NCBI GenBank assembly: GCA_965644315.1
Contig: CBFFRQ010000050.1
Location: forward strand, 1 to 64,000
DNA: 64,000 nt
Direction of reading: 5' to 3'
Origin: Caecitellus pseudoparvulus
Lineage: Eukaryota; Protista; Bigyra: Bicosoecida
The notes beneath the pieces were generated by a model. It did no database searches and was not told the origin of the DNA. It saw only the letters and a list, made by a program, of their open reading frames with translations. Both the position numbers and the translations under genes were made by a program. Of the stretch, positions 29,563 to 45,475 are shown piece after piece. The number at the start of each line of letters is the position of its first letter. The stretch's first letter is position 1.

Positions 29563-32500
29563 CTATTCCCCCTCTTCTGAGTCATCCTCAGAAACGTGCA
29601 GCGGCGGCAGCAGGGGAACTTGTGATAGGGCGCGCTGCGGGGCAAACTGCGCAAAACAGCGCCGGGCGCAGTTGAGCAGGCGCTGGGCGTACTTCTTTGG
29701 TGGTTGCACGGTGGGCTCCACGTTCGTGACGATGGCAGCAGCTGCCTTGATGGTGAGCTCCCCTTGCTTCACCCAGTCCCACTGCCGCAAGTAGTCGATA
29801 ATGCCCACCACCAGCAAGTGGCGCTGCGGGTCCACGCCCACCAGGAGTGAGTAATCCATGATGTGGCTGTCAGCCAGGAACTGCGTGTCATACTCCAGCG
29901 CGCCGATGAGGGTGTCGTATGCGCCCTCTGTCAGGGGCAGGGGGGTGCCCCCCGTGAAAGCAAAGAAGTCGTCGTCCAACATGACCCTTGCCGCCGCAGC
30001 GCCCTGGCTTGGTTTGGAGGGCGCGTCGCCGCCCTTCTTCTCCCCGCCTTCCTTCTCCACGTCCTTGCCCTGACGCATCTTGCCCTTCAAGTCGAAGCGC
30101 ATGTGTCTGTGGATGCGCACGCCGTGCCAGAGGTTCTCCATCACCAACACAAACCGCTTGCTCTGCAGGCCGCTCGCAGGGTCCTTCACGTCCAGACGGT
30201 ACACGCCGAACACCTTCACGAGCAGACTGGCAGGCGCGCCTGTGCCCACGCCTCCGACCAGCCTCCAGGTGGTGGGCACCCCGGCGGCCCCACCAGTGGG
30301 CGTGTCCACTCCGGTGGACTCCGAGCGGCGCTGCTTCGCCAGGGCGGCGACGCTCTCCTCAGACATGACCCATGGCCAGAACACCGTCCCTCGCCCTGCT
30401 GCAGCTGCCGCCACGACCTGGCCCTGAGAGACGTCTCGAAGTGCTGCCTGCTTATCTCCAGGCAACAAGTACGTGTCGAAGACGTTTCCACGGCCAAACA
30501 GCGCCGCGGCAGCCTGTGGCCCTGCAGGAGCTGCTGCCTTGCTCGGGCGGGCGGGCTTCCCCGCTGTGTGCGCGTGCAGCGCCTGCAGGGACGCACCCAT
30601 GTGCTGGAAGTACCCAGCAGCCCCCTCAAGAAACATGGCGAATTCAGTCTCCGACACCGCCTTCAGCACAAAGCGCTGGTCGTGTGTGCGCCAGAACTCG
30701 GCATCGGACTTGCCGCCCGTCGTGTCCCAGTGGCTCGAGTGAGCGAGGGACTCCACGAAGCCTCGCTGGGAGCCCAGGTAAATCTCTCGCAGCGCATGGA
30801 ACTGGCACGCCCAGTACGTATTGATGGTGTAGGTGGTCTTACCCGCCCGCTTGCCTGAGCCGGAGGATGCGGCGCGCTGGTCCACGAAGCGCGTCATAAT
30901 GCTGACGTGCGCGTCCGAGTTCATGATGTCAAAGGCAGTGGGGGGGCGCTCCCCCTCAATGATGGCGTCTCCCACAGCAGGCTCGGTGGACAGCGGCACA
31001 CCGAAGGCCTGCAGGTCTCGCGCCTCCAGCCACGCCACCGCGTCCAGGGTGGGCCCGTCCACGCCCTCGTCGTCCCCCAGGGCCAAGTTGTCCAGGAGGT
31101 CCGAGGCAGTGCGTGCAGCTGTTCCACTGGGGGTAGGGCCGGACGCACCGCCGCCTTCACGGTCGTGACGCTGCTTGTGCGCTGCGGAGGCAGCCGCTGC
31201 CAGCATGCTGTCCAGCTGGGCGCCCGCTGAGCCTGTGGCGACGGTGGCCGCCTCCATGACATCCCGCATGTCCATGCGGGAGGAGCTGAAGCTGCTGTCA
31301 CGCTTCGGGGAGGCAGGTCTACGGCGCGGCGACGCGAGCTCTGCGGCTGTCTCGTCCGACATGGCAGCGGCAACGCCAGCAGCGACGGCTGGGCTGGGGG
31401 GCTTCCCTCCCGCATCCCGCGCCTTGGGCGTGTTGGCATGCACCATGATGGACACGGCTGACACGGACGAGTGCGTCATGGCCGTGACGACGACGTCTCC
31501 TACAGTGTGCTGGCGTGGCCGGGCGGTGTGCCGGGGGCCACTGGTGAGCGACGGGCGGTGGCGGAAGGCACCCCCTGGAGGCGTGTGGAACGAAGCCACC
31601 TTATGTAGACCCCCTGGGCCAAGCGTGCTGGACGCATACGACGTGCGGGAGCGCTTGAGCTGGCGCCGACCGACTAGGGAAGTCAGGCTGCTGCGGTGGT
31701 GGGGGCGCAGTTGGCTGGCTGGGCCGCTGGTGTCCTCCCCTTGCCACCCTTCCTCGCCGGCCGAGCTGCCAGTCGTGAGGTCCCGAGGGGACGTCAGCTG
31801 GGCAGGGGCGCCTTGCATGCTGGCAGCAGCGGCAGCCTGGGCGGCGGCCTCGGCCTGCCCCATGAGTGGGCCCATCATGGCCTCCACGTCCACTGTGTGC
31901 TGGTACAGGTCCGAGGTGTGGTGTCCTGCCCCGGCGTCGCCCCTGCTACCCTCAGACTCACTGTGGGTTGGTGAACGACCTGTGGATGCAGCGGAGCTCG
32001 GACCCTTGGGCTGTGCCAGAGGCCCCCGCAGCCAAGCGTGGGGGTGCTGCGTGGTGTGGTGCTCAGCGGGAGCCACATCCACCCTGAGAGCGTCCCGCGG
32101 CACCAGACCCACGCCCTCCTGAGTCCATCCACGTGTACGCGCATTCAGGGCCGGGTGCGGCGCCGTGCGCCCTGTGTGGCCTGCACCTGCAGAGTCTCGG
32201 CTGCTGTTGGCTGCGTCCTGGGAGGAGGTGGTGCTGAGCGGCAGCTCCTTGCCGCGCAGGGACGTGGATGGGGACATGCCCCGCGGTGACTCAGCTCCTG
32301 AGCGCACCATGGTCGCTTCCCAATCCTCCGGCAGCTGCAGGGTCATGGTGAGCGTGCCGCCACGGTGGCGGTGGGTGGGCACCGGCTTACCGACCTGGGG
32401 CAGCGGGGCTGCCTGGCTGCTGGCGGAGTAGCGCTCCTCAGCTCGGAGGAGGTCCGCAAACGAGGAGAAGGTTTGCGTGTACCCCGGGTGGGTGTCCATG

Positions 32501-35500
32501 GGGCCAGGCTCTCCGGACACAGGCTGGGGCGGTGCGTCAGCTGGGGTGTCCAGGGTGACGAGGGGGGAGGCTGACCCACCCGTGCCCACGGTGGTGCGGT
32601 GCAGCACCGCAACGTCAGCGAGGCGCCCCCGAGGAGGGGTGCAGGGCAAGGCACCCAAGTCCTCTGTTGTCGTGGACCGGCCACGACGCAGGGGGGGTGG
32701 TGCACCCCCCCCGGCACCGACAGAGGGCGCATCGATGGGGATAGCAGGGGACTTGCCCCGCCCGCTGTGCTCGGAGAGACGGGAGGGTGCTCGGGAGGGC
32801 ACATGCTCCCCCGCCGCCCGTGCTCTGAGCTCGGCACCATCAGCCTGCAGCGCCACCAGGTCCCCGATGGCTGACGAGAGCTTCTCCAGGTAGGGGTGGG
32901 AGGCCAGGGTGTAGGCGATGATGCTGCCGGGCAGGTTGGGGGACACGTTCACCACCGTGTCGAAGCGGCCCAGGGGGAAGTCTAGGTGCCGCATCCAGAC
33001 CTTGGGGTCCTCCGGTTCGCCCAGATCCACGTCGATGCGGCGAGAGAAGGATGTGTCTGCCTCCCCAGCCTGTGTGCGAGGTGAGGCGGCTGCGGCCTCG
33101 CTGGCACCACTGCTGCTGCCGGCGCCCCCCCCCGGTGCCGTGCTGGCGGACGTGAAGAAGCGACGGCTGCCCTTCTGGGAGAGGACGGGCTCCACCACCA
33201 CCCCTGAGGGGCGTGCGCAGATGCGGACATGATGGCTGAGGTGCTCTCCGCTTTGCTGTCGCACACGCTGGCGGGCCACAGGCACGGTTGGGCGGAGAGA
33301 GGACGATGTCCGTTTGCTGGCGCCACTATCCTGGGTCGCCGTTGACTCACCTCCATCCCCAGCACCTGCAGGGTTGGTTACTGCCGCCTGTGTCGTGGGT
33401 TTTGGGGAGTCGGACGGGGCGGACTTGGGGGAGGCGTCTTCGGCAGCGGAGGGCGCCCCCGCCGCGGGCAGCCAGGCAGCTGGGATGCCCCCGCGTTTGT
33501 GCGATCCCGCCAGGCCTCGTCGATCGGTCGCAGTGTTGCCCAGGGGGATGCGCTGGGTGCTGGAGAAGCCCTTCTCAGACATGGAGCTGTGCTGGGAGCC
33601 GACCTTGCTGCCGTGTGTCTCCGAGGAGCTCGTGGACACGGCACTGCTGGGCAACCGAGGAGACGCCTCCGCCTCCGCTGGTCCCGTGGCCCCGGTGGAC
33701 GATGCAGAGTCTGAGACCTTTGTGGCTAGGACAGGACCGGCGCCGGCAGTGCCGGGCACGACGTCCGGCACGACAAGGATGCGGCCACAGGCGGTGAGGT
33801 GCTGCTCCAGCTCTTGCACCGCCCAGTTCCAGCTGTACACCAGGTCCATTGCCTGCAGCGTGTCGTGGGAGCCGCCACCGGATGGGGGAGGGGGCACCGC
33901 GGAGCTGGGCAGGGGCCCAGCTCGGCTGCGTGTTGGGGAGGGCGGCTTAGTGGAAGGCGGCACGATGGAGGTCGTGGAGGTGCCCTGGCGCAGGGGTGGG
34001 CCCATGGGTGCCTGCAAATGCTCGGACACCGCCTCCAACGCTGCATCCCGTGCAGCCTCCGCCGCAACAAGGAGGGATGCCAACACTGCCGCGGTGTCGG
34101 TCACGGACAGGACAGGGGGCACATCCGCCAGAGGGCCCTTGGAGTCAGCGCCTCGTGTGGCGGCCTCCGCAGCACGCAGTGCGCCCGTGGCCGCCGCAGA
34201 GGATGTGACCACAGCAGTGGACGCGACAGACGCCACGTCAGCTGCGCCGGACACGGCCCTGCCGTCGTTCGCACTGGTGGGGTGCAAGGCGTGCGTCAAG
34301 TCCAGCAAGTGCACGGCCTCCCACAGGCGGGCATAGCTGTCCAGCGTTGCAGAGTCCGTGTCAGGCGGAAGGCCCAGGCTGTCCAGCAATTCATCCCGAC
34401 CAGGTAGAGACACGACCCCGACGGCATGTGCCGTTCCGTCCTCGTCTGCCTCCTGCTGCCGCACTTTGCGGGCGACCTCCACCGCCTTGGCGTACACAGC
34501 AGGGACGTCCAGTGCGCGGGCGAGCGCGGCAAGCACTTCTTCGTGCATCTTGAACCGCCGCACGGCCGCCGTGGCCATGCCCTGCAGCAGCTCTGCGAAG
34601 CAGGCGTCGCGCCAGTCACTGTTCGCGAGGGCGGCTGCGCGGAAGACCAGGGCGTGCGGCTCCAGCGGCGTCTGCTTGATGCTGATGATGCGCTGGCCGT
34701 GGCTGAACATGAGTTCCGTGTGGGTGGTGGGGGCGGGCAGCCCAGGGTGGGGAGTCGCGGGGTCGTACCCCCCCGCCAGGGGCAGGTCAACCATGGTGGG
34801 GCGGGGCTGGCAGGCCCAGGGGGAGGGGCGCGTCACTGCCTCTTGCAGCAGGGGCGCCACGACGCTGTCTTGGTAGGCGCCGTACCCCGCCATGGCTGCC
34901 ACGAAGCGGCCGAAGCTCATGTTGGCTGCCATTGCCGGGAGCTGGGCTGGCTCCACCAGCACGGGCGTGGCCTGGGCCGCCTCTACCATGCTTTCGCTGG
35001 CTGCGCTGTACGAGACGCCGCCGCTCTCTAACTGCAGCGTGTGTGGCGGCGCGTCTGGGAGGGACTCGGCCGTGCTCAAGTGGCTTCCCTGGCGCTGCAG
35101 CGCCTCGCCGTCCAGGACGATGGAGACACGGGGCGTGGAGCGGCTGGGCGGCGACGCCGTCGCGATGCTGAGCGTTCCCGTGCCTCCCTCGGCAGGCGTC
35201 GTGTCCTCTTCCAGCCCCGCGTCGTGCAGTTGCAGGCCTGCAATGAGTGGCTGCCGTGCTCGGGCACACATGGTGTCGTCCAGGCTGGCGCCCTTGTGGG
35301 AGGCGACCCGGCGCTTGGAGCTGCTGGCGTCGGATGGCGCCCGCGCCTTGAGCCGGGAGCGCAGGGCAGGGGACAACAGCGGGTGCACCCACCGGAGCCA
35401 GCGTGGCCGACCCCACAGTAAGACCTCCCCCGGCTCCCCCGTGCTGCCGGCAGTGCTGCCACGCAGGCCCGCCATCATGGTGGAGCTGCGCGAGGAGGCG

Positions 35501-38416
35501 GTGATGTCCAGGCGCATGTGGCCGTGGAACAGCGCCAGGCGCAGTGCGGAGGGGTCTCGCTTGTCGGCGCCCCGCACCTGGTCCCCCTCCCACCCAGTCC
35601 ACAGCGACGCGAGGAACTGGCCCAGGGAGATGTCGTGCGGCCCCGCCATGGGCAGGGTGCGGTGTGTCAGCGGGCACAGCTGTGCGAACGTTGTGCGGTG
35701 TGTGACCATGCGGGACACTTGGAGCCCCTCTGGGAGGAGGGAGCTGCGAATGATGCTGGCCAGCGCCACATGCACCGCAGGGCCGAGAGTGGCCCAATGC
35801 CGCAGGGAGGTGAAGGGGGGCACGAGGAGGGGGGTGCTGCCCGTAGCCCCTGCAGGCAGGCGGGTGCCTGGCGGGGACAGGGGTGTTGCCGCGTCCGCCG
35901 CCCCCGCGCCGGGAGCAGCACTGCCACCCGCCTCATCCCCAGCCCCGCCCGACCAGCGCGGCACCTTGCCTGCTGACAGCGACGCCACTGCAGACAGAGA
36001 CAGCACCTGCGCGCCATCCGACACGCGAGGAGAGTGGCTCCACGCTCGCAGTAGCTTCAGTGCTGCATGGGGGGATAGGCTCCGCTCCGCCCGCGCCCCG
36101 CCTCCGTACAGTTTCGGCAGCCCCGGCGCCTTGCCGGTGCCGGGCGCGCCTTGCGTCAGGATGCGGCTGGCAGGGGTGAAGGCGGGAGCCAGCCACCAGC
36201 AGGCGGCAGGAGACAGCTGCATGAGGGCAGTGAGGTTGCGCAGGAGGCGCCCCTCGAAGGCCACTCGCTGGGCTGGCGTGGGGATCGCCCCAGGCACGGG
36301 CAGGGGAATGAGGCTGCCGCCCAGAACACCCTGCAGCTCCCGGAAGGCTTTGGCTGAGAGGGAGGGCGGAGTCGAGTCTGGCGGCTCCTGGGCGGGGGGC
36401 GGGAGGGGCACCACAAGTGGGCGCTCGTGCAGTGCCGCGTCGATGCGGGGGCCGGGCAAGGGGCACCACGCAGGCGGTATGGCGCCCAGGTGGTACAGCA
36501 AGGCAGTGTCGGAGCGCATGGCAGCTGCTGCCTGCACGGCCAGACGCAGCAACACCTTGCACACCAGCACGGCGGAGCTGCCACCACGCAGGAGGGTGGT
36601 GGCAGCCAGGTCTGGCCGGCACCCCTCCAGCGCCACGTAGGGCACCAGCTCCACGCCAGAGAGGCGCTTGCGGTGCAGGCCGCCCACGCGACGGGCAGGC
36701 TGGCGTGTCGCCGAGGTGGGGCGGTCCGCAGGGGGGGCCGTGTCCCCCCTCTCCAGCGCCGCAGCCTCCGTGTTGGTGACGGCCATCTGCACGATGCGGA
36801 AGGCGGAGCAGGAGCCGACGATGACGGCGGAGGACAGGACGGGCGCCGAGTGCACGGAGCGCAGAGGCGTAGCGCCTGTCGCCCGCGCCACCCGGTTCAG
36901 CACAGTCCCCTTCACGTTGTGTACCACCGTCACGTTCTTCTCGCGCAGTGCCGCCATGGCCTCGTGGGAGACCTCCCCAGAGCACAGCAGCACGTCTGGC
37001 TGCAGGGCCACCAGCTTCGCCACGCACAGGCGGATGTAGGCGTCTGCCTGTGTGTACAGGGAGTCAGTGGACACGTGCCCCTGGCCGGAGGTGACGTTGG
37101 ACAGGCCCACCCCACCCATGAGCAGCACGAGGCGGGGGGAGGAGATGTCGGACGCCATGCTCTTGTGCGCGATGTTGCCGCGAAAGACTACCCCCGACGT
37201 GATGGAACATGGGCCCACCCACCAGGGGTCGCCTTCCTGCGCCGGTGAGGTCGGCTGGGCCGTGGCGGGGCGGGGCGCGGGAGCACCAGCCGCTTCCCAG
37301 CCCCGCTCCAGCGCCGCCATGAGTTGAGGCAGGTGCGTCAGACGCACAGGCTGGCTGTGGCGGTCCGTAGGCAGAGTAGCAGTCGTGCTGGCCCACAGGG
37401 CCGCGACGCCTGCCTCGGAGCCCGGACCCTGAACACCCACCGGCGCCACCAGTGTGCCAGAGCGGGCAAGGGCATCCCCCAGCCCCGAAGCCACGGCAGC
37501 GGCCAGGGACCGCGACACCTCGACGGCAGTGCCGCCAGGAATGGCCTTCACGCGGTGGTACCTGTCCACGTCCAAGGAGTCCCCCGCCACGACGTTGGGC
37601 GTGACTGTGCTCGCGACCCGTGTGGCGAGGGTGGCCAGTGTGACCACCCAGTGCATGGCGTGGCGGGAGGTGGCCAGGCCAGGAATGAAGGCCACCCAGC
37701 GCTGCAGGAGCAGGAGGAGATGGGCGTGCGCCACCTGCTGCAGCGATCGCAGGCGTCGCCGTGCGGGGTCTGTGCTGGGGCGGGGGTCACCCGCCAACGC
37801 CGCGATGTGGGCTGGTGCGTAGGCCCGCACCATGGACCCCGTGGGGTGCATCTGGGAGGCGATGTGCCGCCTGGCGGCGGCGTCCCCCCCTCCAGGGGGG
37901 GCAAGGGGCTTGGCAGGGGCATCTGAGGGCGCCGCGTGGGGGGCCTGCCGCCCGGCCAGCCACCGGCCCACTGCCACGGCACGCGCAGCTTGGGGCGGGA
38001 CCTGCAGGTGCAGCCCATGCACAGTGCCTTCGATGCCGTACTGGGTGCCGAGAGGGGACATGATTCCAAGCGGCGCCCGCTCAGCTTCCGCCCGCTCACG
38101 CAGCCATCGCTGCTCTGCCTCCACAGTCTCCACACACCCTGCACACAAGCGAGCGCTGGCTTCTCCACCCATCATGCGGAGGTCTTTCCGCGTGGAGGAG
38201 CATGACGAGCAGAAGATCTGGGGCGGCGCGGGCTCGCATGCAGTGTGCGAAAGGCTGCAGAGCGAGTGGGGCTGCGCTGGTGCGCATGACGCGTACCTTC
38301 CCACACCACCGACAGTGGTGTCGTCGAGTGAACAGGGAGAAGGCCTTGGAACAGTGCATGCAATGCTTGGACAGGTGGTCCGGGAGCCAGAAGTCCACGG
38401 ACTCCTCAGACGCCAT
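29563..38416 (-). CDS. FAB1: FAB1/PIKfyve PI3P 5-kinase (FYVE, CCT-like, PIP5K domains), about 2900 aa
   Basis: FYVE WLPDHLSKHCMHCSKAFSLFTRRHHCRWCGK|IFCSSC (split by an intron). CCT-like GVVFRGNIAHKSM...SPRLVLL. Kinase WDTTGGKSDAEFWRTHDQRFVLK, FDLKG, MDYSLLVGVD and VGIIDYLRQW. Confidence 0.95.
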
Positions 38417-38634
38417 GGTCAGCGAGGAAGCTGCAGAGTCCGCACAGGCGAAACGCAGGCGAAACAGCTGGCTTCCCACACCACGCCGGCATGGCCTGGG
38501 ACAGAGAACAGCCCTCGCAGCTGGGCCAGAAGCTCCGCGCCAGAGCGACAGCGCAGCACAATCAGTTGCATTTGTCGAGAGTCCTGCTGTGCACACCACG
38601 AGCAAGCGGCACTTGCATTCCTTCCGCGAACCCC

Positions 38635-39982
38635 TCACAGCCCCAACACTTCCAGAGGCACCGTCAGCTTGGCTGAGGCCATGTCCCACTCCACCACACG
38701 CCCGTCAACAGAGCACGTGGAGAGCTTGCGCGTGGTCGCCGCGCCTGGCTCGAAGCGGGGCCTGACCTGCGAGATGGCAGCAGTGTGCTTGGTGCGCAGC
38801 TTGTCCTTTGCCGCTGCGTCGGCGTCCTGGCCCTTGCTGACCTTGGCTGCGAACATGGCCCGGGCACTGCCGAAGGAGCCCTTCACCTTGGCAGCTGTGG
38901 AGACCTCGGGGTCCACCTGCCCCACCAGCTCGAAGGTGCCAGTCTCCGGCGACAGCGCGTACACCTCAGGGTTCATACTGTGCCCTGCAGCGACGAAGCA
39001 GGTGTTGCTGAGCCACGCCACGCAGGTGCTGGGCAGGCCCTGGCTGATGATCTCGTCCATGGCCGCGCCAGCCTCGCCCCAGCTCACCACGTACACGGTG
39101 GCGTTGTGACAGGTCACAGCCAGGCTGGTCCCCGCCGGGTTCCACGCCACGCCATGCACCCAGGACTTGGACTGCCCCAGCTCCATCAACACCTCCCCGA
39201 ACTTGGGCAGGGTGCCGAACTGCGCGCCATCGATGTTGTCTCCGTCGGCCTCTTGCCAAGCCACAGCGAAGATGCGGCAGACCATGTCCGTGGAGGCTGC
39301 CGCCAGGACCCGCCCAGAGGGGTGCCACGCGATGTCTGTGACACTGCTCTTGAACGCTTTCAACTGCTTGCCGACCCACCAGTCCTGTGTCGCGTCGTAC
39401 GCGAGCACAGGCATGACTTTGGCCGTGGATGCGACGGCCAGCTTTCGGCCGTCGTCGCTCCACTTGACCCCAGTGCACGACAGGGGCAGGCGGAGGACGG
39501 TAGTGGTGGGCAGCCACGCATCCTTCTCCGCATCGTAGTTCCACACGAAGGCGCTCCGGTCGTGGGAGCAGGTGACGATGGCGTTGGTGGCGTGGCACCA
39601 GTCAACGCCGCTCACCAGCAGGTCGTGCTGCGAGGCGGAAAAGGCGCCCACGTGCGCGGGGAAGCCAGCCAGGGTGCAATGGTTACAACACAGGGGGCAC
39701 ATTGCGAGCAGCAGGGCTGCCAAGGCGGCGTGCGGTGGCTCCCGCAGGGTGCCGTGCTGGCTTGTGCAGCTGCACTGCACCAGCGGACTTTGTGCTCACC
39801 TTGGCCAAGACATACTTCTTCTCCCACTTGCTGGTCGCTCGCTCCGTGCAGTTGACGTAGATCCACACCTCAGGGAGGTTCGGGGAGATGGCCAGCATGG
39901 TGCCGTCCGCATTCCATGCGTGGGCTGTGATGGAGGTTGCCAGGCGGCGCGACACTGGCGTGGTGGACTCCCCGGCGGCCAT
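38635..39982 (-). CDS. ARPC1: Arp2/3 complex subunit 1 (ARPC1, WD40), 1 intron
   Basis: ITAHAWNADGTMLAISPN, HDLLVSGVDW, IVTCSHDRSAFVW, VKWSDDGRKLAVAS, WHPSGRVLAAASTD, STCSVDGRVVEW. Confidence 0.95.
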
Positions 39983-40125
39983 GGCGCTGGGGCGTGCAGA
40001 GCGACTTCCTGACGGCGCGAAAACCCGCAACACTGCAATGCCAGTGGATCTCGTGCATTCTTGCGCAGGCAGGGAGCGGAGGAGGTTTGCCGGCCCTTGT
40101 CACCTGCCACAGAAGTCCCCGCCGT

Positions 40126-42580
40126 CTACGCCGTCGCCGGCAGCCTGGGCGCGTTGCCCATGTAGTCCACCGCCGACATGGTGGCGGGGTGTGGCAGGCG
40201 CAAGTCCGCAGAGTCATGGAACATCAAGCTCAGCAAGGGGCCAGGCTGCCTGCCCTCGCTGCGCACACTGCCGCCACTGCCCGCTGCGGCAGAGGACGGG
40301 TGCTGCAGGGCGCTGCCGACGCTAGGCCCGGCCACGCTCCCCCCCTTGCCCAGGGCAGCAGTCGGCAGAGGCGGCCTGCCATTGGAGCCCACTGCACTGG
40401 TGCTTGCCCTGGTGCCGGCTGCGTGCGCTCCGAAACCGATGCCGCCCGCGGCACCCCCCCCCGCCAGGTGCATGTGCAGCGCTGCGACTGATGCCGCGTT
40501 CAGACCCGACGGCACGAACCCGCCCCGCCCTCGTGAAGCTGAGTCCAGAGCCTCCACCGCATGCGCCGAGGCGGCGAGGCGGTCCAAGCCGCTGTCAGGA
40601 GCTGTGTGTGCGGAGCCCGAGTCATCCCCGCCGCCTGCATGGGGCCCTCGGGGCGTGGCTTCCAAGCTAGCCAGCGCCGCGGCGGCCTCCTCAGCTGCAG
40701 CCATACTGTCCGAGTGCGCCCGCGAACCACGCCGCCGCGTGGAGGAGGCGACACTCCCAGCGTCCACATCTGCAGAGCCCACTGAGGCAGGGCCTGAGGC
40801 CTGGCCAGCGGCGGCACCCGCAGCGGCGGTGCCTCGGGGACTGGTGGCCACAGTCAGGTCACGGGGGCGTTTGACGCCTCGCCTGCGTGATTCGGCGCCC
40901 GCCCCTGCAGTGTGTGCCGGCGGCGCGGGCGGCGCAGAGGCGGCCGAGGCCAGTCCCACTGAGTGCCCTGGGTGCGCCACGAAGGCGCCCGCGGACACGC
41001 CGTACGTCGTGTGGGGCAGACCGATGCCGCCGCTGCCTGCTGCCAGGCGTGAGCGCATGCCAGGCACAGACACGGAGCCTGGCGAGCCAGCCGTCATGTC
41101 GGCGCCCATGCCGACGTGGGGATGCATGGTGGCCATGCCCATGCCGTGCATGCCGCCAGCGCCGGCGTGGCCGTGGGGGCCCCCCAGAGAGAGCGGCAGC
41201 CCCCCCCCGCCACCCCCGTGGGCCATACCTGGGTAGGGCATGAGGCCGCCCATGAGGCCGTTTGTGTGGCCAGCCATGTATGCCATGTTCATGGGGGTGC
41301 CCATGCCGTTGGTGAGGGGCAGGGAGGCACCCATGGCCCCCATCGCGTGGCTGTGGGGGGGGGCTCGGAAGGCGTCGCGGGGGGGGCCCGTGGAGGAAGC
41401 GGGCGACGCCCCGCCACCCCCGCTGGACGGCGCCCGGCGCTTGCGCTGACCGCCCTTGGCAGCCGCCGTGCCCAGGCCCCTCAGACGAGTGGGTGTGCCC
41501 CGGCGCTCGGCGGGCTTGCCACGGGAGCCACGGGAGCCCCCCGCTGATGCCGCGCGCTCCCGGCGTGCCGACGTGCCGAACTTGGAGTACCACCGGTTCT
41601 TCACAGCGTTGTCGGAGCGCCCAGGCAGCTTGCGAGCGATGACGGCCCACTTGTTGCCCAGCTCATCGTGCAGCTTGCACAGCTGAGCGTCCTCCTCCGC
41701 CGTGAAGGGCGTGTGCTTCAGCGTTGGGTCCAAGTGGTTGACCCACCGCTCCCGGCACTGCTTGCCGATGCGCCCAGGCAACTGCTTCGCAATGGCAGCC
41801 CACGAAGGGGGCCCCTTGCTTTCTGACACTAACTTGAGGATGAGGGCATCCTCCTCAGGGGTCCATGACCCCTTGATGGTGGCTGTGCAGGGCAGCGCCA
41901 AGTGAATGTAACGCCAGCGACACACGTAACGGAAGCTGCATGGCGGCTGAGATTCCGTGAGCACCACGGATTGTGACGAGTAGACGAAGCATATCGACAG
42001 CATGCACAAAGGCAGCTCAAAGAGCCGGTACCGCAGGCCCCTTCGCTGTCCGCCAGCGCAGCGGCTCAGCGGGAACGCAGGCGTTTCACGCAGAGCTGTT
42101 GCGCCGGACGCGCTCATGCTGGCGGCGCACGCCTCACGCACCTGTGCCCTGCATCATGTTTGCATGCCTGTGCAGGCACTCCACATCACTGCGGCGCCCA
42201 TCCAGATATTCTTCCGAAATCCGCTTCCACCTGTTTTCACTGCCCAGCGCAGCCACGCCACGACGTAAGCACTCATCCTCTTCGCTGCTCCAGGCCTGCA
42301 ACGAGAAAAAGGGCAGGTATGGTGAACCATACATGGCTCGCTGTGCAAGCTCGCCACATTCAAGGCCCTGCTTGCTCAGCAAGTGCTGCCCACTGGGTGG
42401 CTGACGTTACGGCACATGCACTGGCGAAGTGCTCACCTTCTTGCGCTTGCCTCGAGAGGTGGCAGCCGTGCCACTTGACCTCGGGCGGCGAGTGGGCGCT
42501 CTTCGCCTCTTGTCCGGGCTCTGTGCTGAAGCGGGCGCGCTGAAGGCCAGCAGGGCCGAGACGGCGTCCTTGTTGTCCAT
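40126..42580 (-). CDS. Three-repeat MYB transcription factor (3R-MYB), 2 introns
   Basis: R1 WSSEEDECLRRGV...WKRISEE...RSDVECLHR; R2 KGSWTPEED...PGRIGKQCRERWVNHLDP; R3 FTAEED...GNKWAVIARKLPGRSDNAVKNRWYS. Confidence 0.9.
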
Positions 42581-43194
42581 GGCGCTGGTGCTAAGCGCAC
42601 TCCAACCGTCGTGACACAGGACGCGGCGTGCTCAGTCAGCAGGACACGAACCCCTGTTCCCACGACCGGAGGTGCACTAAAACTGGTGCAATGTGCATGC
42701 CCGGTGCGCGGATATTGTGGTGCGGTGGCTTGTTGACGTGGTGGAGCGCTGGCTGGCGTTGGCGCTGTGGCCAAGTGCGGATTTTGCACCCCTCCCCGCA
42801 ACCCGCCCCGCATCCTTGCACACACAGAGACAGGCTGACTGCAAGAGGAGGGGGAAGTACTTATACAGCTTTCAATTCCCTACGATCCGCCTCTGCCTCG
42901 GACAAGAAGTTCAGAAAGAACTCGAGCAACTGCCCAGCATGCGCGGAGCTGAGCTGCGTGGTCTGCGAGCTGGGGCAGACGGCATGCCTTGCTGTGGCTT
43001 CCAGGCTCTTCACCGCCGCCCCCGCGGAGCAACGTGGGTATTGTATATCTACAGAGTGCCGTTGCGGGGACGACACTGGCGGCAAATGAATTCGACCCTA
43101 CTTGCGCGGAACTTGCTGTGACTCCCCTCCCAACTCCGGCACGTTGCCCGTGGCGCTGCACGACATACATACACCCACCACAGAACCGCCCGGC

Positions 43195-43491
43195 ATGTCG
43201 GGCAGTCTGACAGGGCGGGTGGCAGTGGACGTGGATGGGGACAGCCCGGCAGGCACCACGTCGCCCCAAGCTCCCTTCATGCTGGCGGTGGACTTGCAGC
43301 GCATGGACGCCGAGGCACGCTGGAGCCTGAGCAGCCTCAAGCGCCTCACGCTCAAACACACCATTCCCGGCATGGTGGTGGTGCACAGTGCGGGGGATGA
43401 CGGCGCCCCCCGCCGCCTCGCCTTTGTTGTGGACCGCTTGTCCGCCCTCGTGCACAGCGTGCAGGAAGCCATCAAGCGCAGGCGCAGGTGA
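43195..43491 (+). CDS. Small hypothetical protein (possibly the last exon of a longer gene)
   Basis: The frame has host-like codon usage and ends LAFVVDRLSALVHSVQEAIKRRRR. Upstream exons could not be resolved. Confidence 0.4.
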   Translation: MSGSLTGRVAVDVDGDSPAGTTSPQAPFMLAVDLQRMDAEARWSLSSLKRLTLKHTIPGMVVVHSAGDDGAPRRLAFVVDRLSALVHSVQEAIKRRRR

Positions 43492-43537
43492 AGGCGGCAG
43501 GCATGCATTGAAAGGGAGGAATGTGTGCGTGTGTTTG

Positions 43538-45475
<1,938 letters not shown>

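Noticed and set aside
30000-39900. Many long overlapping or antisense ORFs across FAB1 and ARPC1 (and elsewhere, e.g. 53979-56072)
   Set aside because: These are expected in high-GC coding DNA and show no recognisable domains.
42050-42125. SECIS-like ATGA...AA...TGAG pattern in the second MYB intron
   Set aside because: Helix II pairs poorly, the location is intronic, and the gene has no in-frame TGA.
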